DNA of 64,000 bases. Source: Marsupella aquatica (Eukaryota > Plantae > Marchantiophyta). Below the pieces are notes generated by a model. It was not told where the DNA came from, made no database searches, and worked only from the letters and a program-made list of their open reading frames with translations. The stretch spans positions 14,042,645 to 14,106,644 of the forward strand of contig OZ316893.1 of the NCBI GenBank assembly GCA_973895155.1, written 5' to 3'. A program made the position numbers and the translations under genes. Shown here one piece after another: positions 1 through 13,648 of the stretch (position 1 is its first letter; every line of letters begins with the position of its first letter).

Positions 1-1481
1 CTCACTGACCGCACTTGCAAGAGCGCAAATATGAATGTCAGCCGGCTGAATCCTGTGGACACTTTCAAGATTTGTTCCGATGTCGTCTTTTGTTTTTTGG
101 TGGATTTACGGTCGTGTTCGTTGAGTGTTGTGCATTGATCGAAATCAAGGAGGAATGGTGTGCTGTCTTTATAGAGGGACTGAGTTGGCAATGCCGGGCT
201 CTGGTAGCTTCTTTGTCTAGTAATGCAAGTTTCGCCTGCTACGAAAAGGGACAGAGCAGTCGAACTTGCCCATCTGAGAGAGAATGGGGGAGTGGGGAGT
301 GTTGTCGAGTACCAATTGTCCCGTCGGAGAGTTGGGCAGCAATGCAGTGTGTAATGAGAATCTTTGAGATGGTTATCTAGTTGGATACAACTCGAAGTTT
401 TTCTCGCTGTGAAAGGGAAATCTGAAGGGTCGAACTTGCCCAGCCCCAGCAAAATGGGCAGAGTAACATGCGAATCGGAATCTATTGCCTGCATCGAGAG
501 TTCTGGCCGGAATTCCTCTTCAGAGAAAGAGTAATGCGGAATGCCTTGCTCGGTAGATTCTCTTAGGGGGATTGAAAACTTGGGGAATTATCGATCTCTG
601 GTACCTGTCTGGCCTGGACTGTCTGGATTTTTTTTTGGTGAGATGTGGGTTGGACCTCCGTTAGTGCTGGCTGCAGTAGTTCTCGTCACGTCAATCACGG
701 AATTATGATTGATGTGGCCAGCGTCCTTAAACAAGGAGCAGTAGTGTTTTAGCATGCCTTACACCAGAAGAACGAATCGTCGCTGCTGATCAGATCTTCT
801 GGCAGAGAACTGTACAGTATTGACATTTCCTAGTGTAGCTCGGTTGAAAACTGGATTGAGGGCTTACTCGTGTATGATGGGAAACAAGTAACCTCATTTT
901 ATTTTACTTTGGGTTTTTTTTCCGCTGCCTTTGGTGGAGTTCTCGACGTGAATTATGCCAGTGCCTGTCCTACATGCGATAGGTGAATTTACTGCGACAA
1001 TCGTAGCTGAACTCTGTAACTTTATTGGGCTTGGGGAGTTGGGGTGAGAATCGACATGTAGAAACGTTTCCCTTATTAGGGAGGGAGGAACAGCTACACG
1101 TGCGTATTCAGGTCTTTGGTATTTAGCTGAAGACCGGGTTGAAATTGTGGTTTGTGTGTGAGTTTCTCTTTTCGAAAAATTGCATACGTCTTCTTCAAAG
1201 TGAGGGAAAATGACCCCAGTACGCACATGCACAACAAATTCATTTGGTTGAGATGTATACATGATGAAACTGTGAACAGAAAATTCCCACGACCCACAGA
1301 ATAATGTAGATGGAGTCAACTTGAACCCCAGTTCCGAACCTGGCTTAGTCATGTATTTGTGTGGGAACTTGAATTTCGTGGTATCCGTCACGACAAGATC
1401 CTTTATCGTTTGTTTCGTAAATGAATTTATTAAGCTGAGAGGCTCTTCTCACGTTTTGGAAAACTTCCTGTGATTGAACAG

Positions 1482-3206
1482 TTACGAAGTTCGTTCATCG
1501 GATCGGACCTTCCAGAGAACTGTTCGATTCAATCGTTGAGGGCTACAAGATCACAGTTGACAAGAAGGAAAAATGGCAGCGTACCGCCAGTGAGGGCTAA
1601 AACGGCGGGTGCATCAAAGACTTACGAGACGGAGGTGGAGAAGCCACTAGGGCTAGGACTTGGTCCGAAAAATGGCGGTGGTGTTGTAGTTACTGCTGTA
1701 AACGGTGGAGGAAATGCTGCAAAGGCGGGGATCAAGGTTGGAGACCAGGTCCTGTATACGAGCAGCTTCTTCGGAGACGAATTGTGGCCTGCCGACAATG
1801 TTGGCTTCACTAGAACTGCTATTAATGCAAAAGCCGATTCTGTATATTTCGTCTTGACCAGGTCAGTAGCTGGCTCTATCTCTATCAATCCAACTAGTCT
1901 CCTCTGAAGCATCTTCTTCCGTTTTTGCTCTGTGATTCACATCTGCCCCTCACACTTTCCTTGAGACTTGTTATTGCTTTCTCTCTCGAGCTTGTCTCAA
2001 GAATTACTATGCAATTTAAATCTTCGTTTGCTTAGAAAAACAATTGCACTACCCGTTCAGTGCCTCCAGGTGAGACACGGAAAGCTCAAAATACAGAAGG
2101 CTCCTAAATTCTACAGTCTAGATTCTTTCTCGTGAGTTGTAAGCTCGCTACTTTGTCATATAGAACATCCACTATCCTCGCTCTTGCCCATCCAATCTGC
2201 TTCGGCCCAGATGATGAGATTGATAGCGAAGACAGACGTGCATGCTGTGTAGGACTGTGTAGCGATAGATGGACAGAGTGGAGTGGTTTGAATGCTCTGA
2301 AGGATACTGCCTTCATGCTTTCTGGGAGCACGGAGCACGACTTGAATCTGAGCACTACCGGACTATGAGGATGCAATTCGTCTGCAGGGGTGCATCGGAT
2401 GTGGATGTGAAAAGGTTGCCAAAACGACCTGCCCCTCCTCGTTTTGGAAGGAAACTCACAGACGCCCAAAAGGTGAGTAGCAGTCTTGCTTTGATAACTA
2501 TCTGATAGTACTTCAGGGTATTAAAAACATTCTGACAGAAGGCACTTTGATTTGATCATTTACTTGTTTGTGGGGTTTTTCAGGCTAGAGCTACCCATGT
2601 CTGTCTTGACTGTGGATATATTTACACACTGACCAAAACATTTGAGGAGCAGGTAAGGGCTTCATTACTTTCCATCACTCTGTTGTTTACATTCTATCTT
2701 GTTAATTAAGAGCTTTTCGGAGGTTTACTGGACGTTAGAGGCTTTCGAGGGGTTCTTCAGCCAGCTCGTAAGCTTCTTGTATTGATGATATCTTACTTAG
2801 TACGTAGTTTCCCACCGGATCCTCTGGTACCAATCAAAGCAGTCTCCTTGCTCAGTTTCCCTTAGGCGACGCAATTTGTCTTAAAAAATTGATATCACTG
2901 CTTGAGAATGTAAGTGGGGACCCCAGGTTCTTTGGGTAGCAGGTTCTTCCAAGATGATTACCTCAGATTGTTTGCACAAGCACAAAACTGGCTCTCTGGC
3001 TTTTTCTGACGTTTGTTTCAAACTTTGTGTAAATACAGCCCGAAAGTTTCCTATGTCCCCAATGTCAGGCTCCCAAAAAGAGATTTGCTGAGTATGATGC
3101 CGAGACGGGTAGAACAATTGGTGGTGGAACTCCGATTGCGGTTCTTCTGGGTGTTATTGTTGGTGCAGCTGCAGTGGGCGCTCTCGCCTTCTATGGCCTT
3201 CAATGA
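1482..3206 (+). CDS. ENH1: Plastid PDZ + rubredoxin-domain protein with C-terminal TM helix (ENH1/At5g17170-like); 5' exon(s) not resolved
   Basis: Exons 1482-1861, 2388-2472, 2584-2652 and 3039-3206 with GT-AG borders join in frame. PDZ motif EKPLGL..GGNAAKAG.KVGDQVLYTSSFFGDELWPAD, then KRPAPPRFGRKLT, rubredoxin CLDCGY...CPQC and a hydrophobic tail ending YGLQ*. Confidence 0.88.
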
Positions 3207-4835
3207 CCTTCCAATGTAACCTTTACTCAGTTCAAATTCTTATTACAACAGCTCAATGGAAACACCAAGAGCTATATTGGATGTCGGCATGTATTATATA
3301 CTCTCTTCAGAGGACATTATCAATTAAGTAAATCTTGTTTAAAAGGTACTCCTACTGTAGCTTTTTATCATCTGGGTAGTCTGAGATGGCTATAAAACTT
3401 GGCTGCGACCAACACTGTCAGTTGGTATTATTTTCGATGCTGAGCAACTTTGAGTTGGAATGTATCCACAGTATCAGGGTCGAGTAAATGTTCAACGGAT
3501 CCTCATACTCTTACGCCTCGTTCGCTCGCGTCTTGTCTGCCTAGGGACCTCCGCTCGAAGGGATTTGACCCGGGCAGCTAGGGAGGACTACGTTGCAAAC
3601 TTGCTCACAGTCTCCAACCATTGGGTTACCTCATAAATACTATGAATTTCCTGAGTCAGTCAAAATGATAAAGCCAAATCGTTCGTGTGTCCCTCCCAGG
3701 CATTGCTAACAGTACAGGTTCAGGCCACACTACGCGATGGCAATCGCTTACGTACAGTTTAGGTTCCTTTCGTCAGCACATTTTGAAGAAATCATGAGAA
3801 ATGAGAAGGAGCAATCCATTTTTAACCAATGTGTCGTAGGTAATGAACGTATCATGTCCATCCTGGCGCGTTATTGTGATTCCTTGGCTATATGATGAGA
3901 AAGATGGTCCCTTGGATCAAGCTTCTTTTTTTCTCATCTTTTTTGACTCAAGCTTTTGCAGGATGTTACCGCCACTAGTGCCATGAGCCGTGGAGTGACC
4001 TGGGCGACCATGGTGTGGGTTCATCCCATTGCAATATTGCACCATACATTCCCCACAAGACGATTCGATTCCTGAAAGCATGTACTCCCCAATCCACCTC
4101 AAATCCTCTCCCAGTGCTCGGCGATTTTCTCGGTGGCATCTAGATCGCTACTTCAGTGAGTCTCGTGGCGAATAAAAATCTTTTACACATTCAATATGAT
4201 CATCCATCGGGAGGGAGAGGGGTGGTGGTGGTTGGTGCACGCATGTGTACCCAGGTGATAGTCCAGTACTGCTAGAACGACCGAGGTTGATCTAGCACGT
4301 TCTCGAACGGTCCCAGAGCTCTCCTTGGTTTCCCGGTCGCAGGACAGCTCCACTATTCATGAGGAAATGACGGCAACAACCGCCATCATTATGGCAATCA
4401 TAGCTTCCGAAGTCTCCCAAAAATCGAATGTAGAAATCGAATAAGTCTCGAGGCAGCGCTTCTGGGACATAAAAATGTAACCAGAAATTACTGAGAAGAT
4501 TGGTTTCGTCAGATTTTCGGATGATAGATCTATTACAGTATCTGGTGCAGGTAGAGGAGTTATAAGATTGCACCAACACTGATCGATCTTCAATACCGGT
4601 GAGTACACGTGCATTATTTTGCTGCAGGCCAACTCTAAATTGTCTGCGCGTCTAAATCTTGTTAATGTCGATGAAATTTTGCTAGATGAAAGTTTGCAAG
4701 CAAAGCAGGGATTCCAGCTCTCGCTAAATCGAAATGCCTCAAGTGTACAAGCAAGAGCCGGAGAGGCAACGGTCCGCCTTCGCGGGGGCATGACAGTCAA
4801 CAAGGAATTGTTCGCGTAGCTAGGGGAGTCTTGAG

Positions 4836-5615
4836 TTACGGGGGAGAAATACGGTTGACAGTCGCGTTGGATGTCCCTACTCTCTGACATCCAGACACTG
4901 CGCATATTGCCATGCACTGCGAAACAACAGCAAGCTCTTCAAAGGACTCTGCGTCCTCATTGTACTTAAAAAGGCGCCCCCGAAATTTGAACTCGGCGAT
5001 GTAGTCCTTAACGTAGGGATCGTCCAAATCACGTTTGGTGACCAATTTGATCCGCACACGAAGAAGATAGTCATGGTTTTTGAAACTGTACACATCCTCC
5101 TCACCCTTAATAAGCACGAACTGCCGCTGGCTATTAACACTGTGGCATATTCTGAAGTCCACAAATCTCCGGATGCAATGCATTCTAGTGCTAAGGTTTT
5201 TAGTCAGACGCACTCTCAATTCTCGTGGTGGAGGCCCAGTGGAGGTCATCGGGCGACTTGATGGAAACCCATCGCCGCCACCACTCCGCTGCCGCTTGCC
5301 CAGCTGTTGGAGAGGTTCGTTTTCCTCGTTTCCTCCAGCCCCGCTTCGTCGACCTCGGGATCCAAACCTACCGCTCGTCCCTGCTGGTAAATCCTCCCTC
5401 TCCTCCGATCCAACATCTCTAGATTCCGTGAGAAATCGTCCATCTAGCCCAGGTAGCGATGGTTCCTCACCTTCAACTTGGTAAGAAAGACCCTCCGACG
5501 TGCTTTCATGATGTTGCTGACATGGCTCCTTTGTTTCTAATTTCTCCGACCCATCGTCAATATGGAGATGTTCGAACACAGGGTTCCCAAGATAATGATG
5601 CCTTCTCCTTGGCAT
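4836..5615 (-). CDS. Hypothetical protein (259 aa) or decaying lineage-specific gene; may continue by frameshift into ORF 4357-4917
   Basis: Long ORF. A TAG acceptor lies 3 nt before the ATG (5619-5621). Minus-strand splice signals at 6307-6311, 6354-6356 and 6463-6467 outline plausible 5' UTR exons. No domain recognised. Confidence 0.4.
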   Translation of the reverse strand: MPRRRHHYLGNPVFEHLHIDDGSEKLETKEPCQQHHESTSEGLSYQVEGEEPSLPGLDGRFLTESRDVGSEEREDLPAGTSGRFGSRGRRSGAGGNEENEPLQQLGKRQRSGGGDGFPSSRPMTSTGPPPRELRVRLTKNLSTRMHCIRRFVDFRICHSVNSQRQFVLIKGEEDVYSFKNHDYLLRVRIKLVTKRDLDDPYVKDYIAEFKFRGRLFKYNEDAESFEELAVVSQCMAICAVSGCQRVGTSNATVNRISPP

Positions 5616-8611
5616 GTTCTAAAATCCCAGCTCAGCACTTCCTGGCCCGGTTCCCACCCCACGCAAAGACGCAATTTACAGACGCTCTAGTTCAAGATAT
5701 ACCAATCTTTGAAACTTCAGATCAATTATGTCGTAGCAGAGGAGATCCCTCACACCCCAATAACCAGCTAGGGATTCGGGAAAATTAACGACCGTCGAGG
5801 ACATTTTTGCGCAATGATGACGCTTAATCGAGAGTTGGAAGTGTTTGACCGTTTGCCGTTTGTGCGTGTAGCCTTTTATGTCTGCCGATTCCTTCTACTG
5901 CACATGTGCGTTCGAACGAAATTATGGACATGGTTGGAAATGACTATCAGATGAATGTGTGACAGGCCCTCGGACAGGCCAATCTTTTAAATCTTTAGGG
6001 GTTCGATGTAAAGAGCTCCAATCGCCCTAACTGCCTGAGTGGGGTGTGCTATTCGGCAGCACAAATTCGAAACACTACGTCGGAGACTATTTGGTTAGCG
6101 GCTCACTTTGACTACGGCTGGATTGGATTGGATTTTGGAGCGATTTGGCAAGCTCTGAGATTTACTGACCGGAACTAATTTTTCTAGAATGATCCCATTC
6201 ACATTCATTTCCATAGACCCAAGACAGTATCATCTCTAGCCATCTATTTTGCCTGGAGAGCGTCCGGATCTGACTTTTGATTCTGCCCTGAAGAACTCGT
6301 CCAGGGCTCACCCAAGATAAACATCTCAAAGATCAGCGATGCATTTAGAATACCTATGTGAAGAAATCACCACGGAAAGTGTGCCAGACTACTTGTCTGT
6401 AACCGCTTAAGATCTTCTTATGTAGATAACAGATCAGGGCATCAAGAAGCTAGAAATGAGAACATACCTTGAGAGATTCGACAGCTTCTTCTGAAGCCAC
6501 GGGAAGAGGAGGGATGGGATAGGACACAGAAGCTCAACCGTAAATGAGGAGGCAGAATTCAGTGCAACGAGAAAGATTGATGTGTAACGAGGGATCTGGT
6601 GACAGGCCACATTGAACCATCACACCTTTTCGTGTAAAGATCATTTTCTCATCCAATTGATGTGTAATAAGCATTCAAGGCAAAGCGTCTGTTGATTGGA
6701 CGCATTGAAACAAAGTAAGGTTTATTGCACCTTTTGGACCTCTTTTTCTTTCCTTTCATTGTACTTTATTTTTTCCTGATTTATGCAGTTTACCGTTTGA
6801 TATACATCTCATTTTTCTTCCATTTTCTCTCTTGATGTCAGCCATAGCTACAGGTGTTGGGAATATTGGCTAGGTGAAATGGACGAACAATGTATGCCTG
6901 TCTTTAAGGCCTGTGGAGGACGCCAGCCCATATGAGTGGGTTGCCTGCTATTGAGAGCATTATTGCAAAAGCAAACCAGAGGCAATGCATGATAAAAGGC
7001 ATTATCATGCAAAAGGTTACTGTAGAGAGCATTATTAGTTCTGGTTTTGGTTTTTCATAGCAAAAATCTTACATCTTTTATTTTTTTGATACCTTAGTAA
7101 AAAGCTGTTGCAAACAAATCAATATATTGTTGCAACAGCATCCTCACAAAATCTTCCAACTGGCACACTCCCCGGCACACTTTAGTGCACCTCCAGCTAG
7201 GAGTCAGCTCTCTCTTGAAACAGGGCTGAACTTGACAAACTTGATTACTATTACTGTGTGCTCTCAATTATTTTCTATTGACTGTGAAGCTCTAAGCCAC
7301 TTGCTACAATATATTCTCTAAGAGCTTGAAGCTGTGATTGCAAGTATACATATGATAGTACATTGGAGCATCTTGGCGAAGCAAAAGCATAATTTACGAA
7401 TGAGTTTTTAATTTGAATGCTTAGGTACTCTCACTCTCTACTAACGAACAAGCTACAATGAACCCTAAACGATCTACCCACTGGAGGTCGAGGCTTTGTT
7501 CTGGGGTGACTACTGTTTTGATGTTCTCCACAGTTTTGGCTCTGTGATTCCTCATGATGTTTATACTAGTGCAAAGAACAAAAAACAGTGCAAAGAACAA
7601 AAAACACCAAATTGGGAGACAGGAATCCTAATAAAGGAGAGAAAACAGGGAAAACCCCACCAAATCTACTGGACATCCCCTCACATTTGTAAGGCATCTT
7701 TGTGACTCTTGATGACCAGACACACACTACCAACACTTTCTAGCCCTTGGGCCTCTTTTTCAGGTCTTGGGTCTGGTAGTCTCTTGTTGTCCATCAGATG
7801 CGAGTGGGAAACGTGTGCTCTCCATTAGAGGCCTGGATAAAGTCAACCAGTTTATTACACTTGCTTTACCGTATGATCATCCACTGGTTCATCCTGGTGT
7901 GGATGAATGCATATTTTCCAAATGAGAAGAACGAATTTAGTATTGGAAATGCGCGAACACAGTACCAAAATAACGGTACAGAGAGAACCAAGGAACCCCA
8001 AGGAAATGCAACCCCCAACAACATTATCCTACCAAACAGTAAATTAAAAGGATATTGCTAATCTAATACGCAATATAGGGCTGGAGCAGATTTTCAATAG
8101 TTTTTTGTTGTAAAAATCTACTTATATTAATCATCAAAGCCGCTGCTCCATCATTATTTGGACAAAGCACCGCACCTTATGGCTCCTGTAGTACTGTATA
8201 CAGAAACATCCCGTATCCCAAAGGACATAAAAAAATCGTACGGACCAAAGCGGAAATCCTTCACCGTACCTTACCCTGTCAGGTCATGTAAATCGGATGA
8301 GGAACGCACTGTAAGCGCTTGGAAATAGGTCCTCTCCTCATAAATAAATAAATTAAATATAAATGGTTCTTCCCCCTAAGCTGGAGGACCGGCTGTGTCG
8401 TTTGTGCTACATTTCGGGGCGGGTTCCATGGCCTAAAAATCGTGGGAAAGTTGGACTATGCCCTCTAGTTGGCCTTTCCTGTCGTCCTCGCCCTCGTCCT
8501 ACGTGCGCGCACTCAATCAGTCATCCGTGCATGGTGTCCAGTGCCTATCCAACTGCCCCTACATGTTGTTGCGTCCAAAGTTGCAATTGCCAGGTTAACA
8601 CCTTCCTCATG

Positions 8612-8751
8612 TTCGCCTTCCTGTGTTGCTCAAGTGTCACCCATCCTTTCCAGCCGAATAGCAACATCTCCCCTTGTCTTCGCCTTCCTGTGTTGCTCAA
8701 GTGTCACCCATCCTTTCCAGCCGAATAGCAACATCTCCCCTTGTCTTCGCC
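8612..8751. repeat. Near-perfect 67-bp tandem duplication
   Basis: ttcgccttcctgtgttgctcaagtgtcacccatcc...ccccttgtc starts at 8612 and again at 8679. Confidence 0.9.
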
Positions 8752-8766
8752 CTTTATTAGAGGTCT

Positions 8767-8979
8767 CAAACAACCTGGTTTCCCATCTTTTTCGGTCAGC
8801 AGTTGTGTGAAATTTTGGTCCATGGCCCCAACTCAAACTTTTGGGCAAAGTTTACTTTGGGATTTTTGGTGACCCACCAGGTTCCAAACAACCTGGATTT
8901 CCCATTTTTTAGGTCAGCAGTTGTGTGAAATTTTGGTCAATGGCCCCGACTCAAACTTTTGGACAAAGTTTACTTTGGG
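8767..8979. repeat. Degenerate ~118-bp direct repeat
   Basis: caaacaacctgg...ggtcagcagttgtgtgaaattttggtc...caaagtttactttggg occurs twice. Confidence 0.8.
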
Positions 8980-11900
8980 GTTTAATGTTGGTTTGAGATG
9001 GGTCACCCCACCCACCTGAGGGACATAACTCAACATCATTGACTTTTCAAATTTGGTCATTTTCTGAAGAGCACCAGCAATTGTTGAAGTGCAATGTGTT
9101 TGCAAGGACAAAGTTTTGGTGTGGACGGCAGTGCACTGATCCCCAAGTTAGTGGCAGTAGCAATATCTGGGAACTGCAGATTTTTGACCCCCAAGCAGCC
9201 CACAGCATTCAAGTCACAAAAACTTTCCACATAACAGCTGGTTTGAGTCATCATGATGGGTCTCCTGCCTTTGGAATGATGTTCCCAGTTTGGTCTATTT
9301 TGTTTGTTGGCACTGTGTTATTATTGGGAACCGGCTCCACAGCCTACTAGCCAGAATTTGATGGTTCTCCTTAAACTAGGGCAATCTAAAAGTCTAGAAT
9401 AACTGTAAGAAATTTAAATAAGTAGTATACTTAGGAACTCCCCCTTGACCCGAGATAACAGTCACCCCCCCTGGTGAATTTACAAACCTAAAAAATTACC
9501 CTGAGTTGGGCATGACAGGAGATTGCAATAGTAATAATGGAACTTACAAAACTATAAAAGCAGAGCACTATATATTTTCACAAGAAATTGGAAGGAATCT
9601 TACTCTCTCCCTCTTCCTCTCTCAAGCTGTACTTTATATTTTCCTGGGCCTCTAATTTTCTTACATACTCCTGAATGTGATCTTAGTATTCTCTACCCAG
9701 GGGATACAGACTTGACTTCCAGGATCCCTCCACTGTCTATTCATTCCACTTAGTATCCAAAACCTCCTATCTTACACTCTTTCAAGTCAATTGTGTGATG
9801 GTTGTCCATTTCTTCAAAACAGAAAACATGATATATGGAACTCTTGGTTTATTTGGTGCACTCTTGTTTGTTGAACCAGGTTCTTGAAAAATATGGTCTG
9901 ACTCCCTTTCCCCTTAACATCTCAACCACCCAAGTAGCAGCCCCTCCTCCCCAAGATATAACACAAGCAATTTCATAAATTGAAAATCAGAAATAAACCA
10001 GGAGCTAGTCTTAGCCTTCATCCATCCATACCCCCCTTCAATCTCAATTGTCTCTGTAGGAGCTGCCCTTAGCCAGCCTGAACCTGCCCAAGATGAATTT
10101 TTTTATTAAAAAAATTAAGAATTGAAATTGAAATTGAAATAGCTTTGAAACGAAAACCTTTGAGTATAACTAAGAATATAGAAAATGATTTTTTCTTTAT
10201 AAATTAAAAATTAAAAAAAGAAAAAGAGAATAAAACATTGCATTTCCTTGTGTCTCCTTGACATTTTTGTCTTGCCTTAACATCTTTTCCTCTATTTGAT
10301 ATTTTTGTCTCACCTCGACATCTAAATTCACCTTCACATTTTTCCTTTGCCTTGATATCTTTATTTCACCTGGACATCTTTGTCTCACCTTGACATGATC
10401 TGTGCAACGCGGCTCATGTAATCATGAAACCCTAACAAGCTAGAAAGTAGTACCTCTCGTAGGGTAGCGGTAGACATGGGCTCTCTTTGGGCTATTTGAT
10501 TAGAACTTATGGGACGCAACGAAGTTTCTGTCATTTCACTGTCAAATACAAGGAGAAAATGGTCTCTGACTTGAGGAGAGACCTTGTTGCAGTGGGGAAG
10601 AACCCAAGGTTCTGGCAGGTGTTGGATAGTGCCTCAATCAACATTAATGTTGTAGACTTTAAAAAATATGAATCACTTTGCCATTCCCTTCGGCCATGGT
10701 TGAACCACATCCATCTTTGGCTGGATGCAACTATACCTAAGAATGCTTTGATAATTCTGATGGCCACTATCTATTCCAATCAAGTTCCAGATTTCCCAAA
10801 AACTCTAGGAAAAGGCACCCTTTGGTTACTGCTCGTCCTGTCACAGAGTATTTTATATTATATAGGCCAAAATCTATAGTTCCAATTTAAGGACAACCAC
10901 CCCTCATGTTACTGCCTCCATATCACTCAAAGTTTGATGGACCTTAATCTAGAGTTAACGTTATGGACAGAAAAATATGGCTTACCAAATTCATGATCCA
11001 CAACTTTTTGCTGTAGAAGCTAACGAAATCACAAAAATCAATTCAAAAACTTTTACATAACCTTGTGAGAAAACTACAGTAGGTCTTGTTTATTCGAGTA
11101 GATTATTGGACCGTCCCGGGAAAGCTACAATAATGCAGGCTGTGATTAGACACACAGATTGTATAAAGCCATTTAAGAGCGTCCTCCCATTGAAGACTCA
11201 AGTCTGAAGTACCGTCTGAGAAGAGCAGCCAATGCGCACGAGCTGGCCTAGTCGCCGTTCGTGTCCAGTTGGTGTCGACATCGAGACGTGAGATATCAGG
11301 CTGGTTCGAACCCACGTCGAACCTACGGCGAATCTTGCCTCAAGACACATACTACATTAGTACAGTTATTAGAAGGCAGCTGTAACTTCTCTCCGTATTA
11401 CTCGTGCTTTTAATCAGGGTCCACTCCTAATTACTGTAGAGTTTTAAACCAACTATTCGTTTATGGGCACGCTAATCGAATCCTGTACGGCCAGTGACCC
11501 AATGTTTATCCCTGTCAACTGGTAATCTCGCTGTACTCTCGAAACGGTACTTATGACATATTTGGAATTTGCATTTATCTATAACAATAGTGTACACTCT
11601 GTCTCTCTTGATTTCCTTTTTAAAGTTGTGCCCTAGACGTGATCCACTACCTCATAAGTGCAAACTTTGCTCTATATTAATTGTAAGTGAAAGGAATTGG
11701 AAACATACTCGTTAGTTTGCTTAAATCACCATTGTCAATATAGAAAGAGAAGTGTCCAAGATTTCTCACTTTTTCACATTTCTCTTTTTTTTCCACAATT
11801 TCAAAAAAATGGTTCGAAAAATAGTGAAACCTGGTGGATAAAATGGTGAAACCTGGTGGATTGGCTTGATTTCCTTACCAAAATGAGCCCCAGACCGAAT

Positions 11901-12457
11901 CCTCTACCTCATCAGTGCAAGCTTTTGCTCTAATTTAACTGTAAATGGAAGGACTTGTGCACATATCCGTCAGTGTGCATAGACCTTTACGGAGGGTTTG
12001 CACTTCCAAAAACTAAAAAAAGTGCCAAATGATTAGGGGAAAAAGGAGAAAAGTGGGGCGCCTTGCAATTATCCAGGGTTTTCATTTACAGGGCGTGCCA
12101 CTCGTTGTACAGTAACTCAACTTGGCGGCAGTAAACAGGGGCCGCTAATCACCTCCATTAACGAGGATGGCGTTCGATAATCTCGTTTACGGAGGGCAGG
12201 CTGGTTTCGGTCAGGCCATATGCTCTGTTCATGCTCTGTTCATGCTCACGGTATTTATGAGTAACCGGTCTTCTTGGAGTCCTTTGTGTACACTGTATTT
12301 GGTCGACAGCGTGAGCAGTCGAGCTCCATTCCTCCATCGCCATTTTTATAGCTCGCTAGTTTTTCGCTCGCGAAGCTCTTGCTGCTGTCTCCGGTGTTCG
12401 CTTCGTCTGCAGAGTTATCGTTATTGTTGTTCGAGTTCGGCCATCTCTGTCGCAGCT

Positions 12458-13648
12458 ATGGCGGGATTGGAGACTTTCCTCTTCACGTCGGAGTCTGTGA
12501 ACGAAGGGCACCCCGACAAGCTCTGCGATCAAATCTCCGATGCGGTCTTGGATGCCTGCCTCGCGGAAGACGTCGACAGCAAAGTGGCTTGTGAAACATG
12601 CACGAAGACGAACATGGTGATGGTTTTCGGTGAGATCACCACCAAGGCGAAGGTGGACTACGAGAAGATCGTGAGAGATACCTGCCGCGAGATTGGGTTC
12701 ATTTCCGACGACGTGGGGTTGGATGCCGATCACTGCAAGGTGTTGGTCAACATTGAGCAGCAGAGCCCCGACATTGCACAGGGAGTCCATGGGAACTTCA
12801 CCAAGAAGCCCGAGGAGATCGGTGCTGGAGATCAAGGGATTATGTTCGGTTATGCCACAGACGAAACTGAGGAGCTGATGCCCCTGTCTCACGTCTTGGC
12901 AACTCAGCTCGGCGCCAAGCTCACGGAGGTGCGGAAGGACGGAACTCTTGGATGGTTGAGGCCCGATGGAAAGACGCAGGTCACAGTGGAGTACAGAAAT
13001 GTTGCAGGCGCCATGGTGCCTCTTAGAGTGCACACTGTGCTGATCTCCACTCAGCACGATGAGACCGTTACCAACGATCAGATTGCCGCCGATCTGCGTG
13101 AGCATGTGATCAAGCCTGTCATCCCAGAGAAGTATTTGGACGAGAACACCATTTTCCATTTGAACCCCTCTGGTCGCTTTGTCATTGGAGGCCCTCACGG
13201 AGACGCCGGCCTCACCGGCAGGAAGATTATCATCGACACGTACGGAGGATGGGGTGCTCACGGAGGCGGTGCCTTCTCAGGCAAGGACCCGACCAAGGTG
13301 GATCGTAGCGGAGCTTACATTGTGAGGCAGGCTGCCAAAAGCATTGTCGCCGCAGGTCTTGCCCGTCGTGCCATCGTACAGGTGTCGTATGCTATCGGTG
13401 TGCCCGAGCCATTGTCGGTCTTTGTTGACACCTACGGCACCGGGAAGATCCCTGAGGCCGAGATCTTGAACATCATCAAGGAGAATTTCGATTTCCGTCC
13501 CGGTATGATTTCCATTCACCTCGACTTGAAGCGTGGAGGCAACAAGAGATTCCAGAAGACCGCCGCTTACGGCCACTTTGGGCGCAGCGACCCCGACTTC
13601 ACCTGGGAGACCGTCAAGCCACTGAAGTGGAACAAGGCCGAGGCATAA
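12458..13648 (+). CDS. SAMS: S-adenosylmethionine synthetase (methionine adenosyltransferase), 396 aa, intronless CDS
   Basis: [63 protein letters not shown]. Real start taken as the ATG at 12458. Confidence 0.97.
   Translation: MAGLETFLFTSESVNEGHPDKLCDQISDAVLDACLAEDVDSKVACETCTKTNMVMVFGEITTKAKVDYEKIVRDTCREIGFISDDVGLDADHCKVLVNIEQQSPDIAQGVHGNFTKKPEEIGAGDQGIMFGYATDETEELMPLSHVLATQLGAKLTEVRKDGTLGWLRPDGKTQVTVEYRNVAGAMVPLRVHTVLISTQHDETVTNDQIAADLREHVIKPVIPEKYLDENTIFHLNPSGRFVIGGPHGDAGLTGRKIIIDTYGGWGAHGGGAFSGKDPTKVDRSGAYIVRQAAKSIVAAGLARRAIVQVSYAIGVPEPLSVFVDTYGTGKIPEAEILNIIKENFDFRPGMISIHLDLKRGGNKRFQKTAAYGHFGRSDPDFTWETVKPLKWNKAEA

Noticed and set aside
894-1391. 165-aa minus-strand ORF
   Set aside because: Non-ATG start, lies in the probable intron or upstream region of the ENH1-like gene, and has no recognisable domain.
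12167-12457. 97-aa N-terminal extension of SAM synthetase in the ORF track
   Set aside because: Homology starts at MAGLETF (12458). The upstream sequence looks like promoter/UTR, with a possible acceptor (gcag) just before the ATG.
12356-13261. 301-aa antisense ORF
   Set aside because: Shadow frame of the GC3-rich SAMS coding sequence; no independent motifs.
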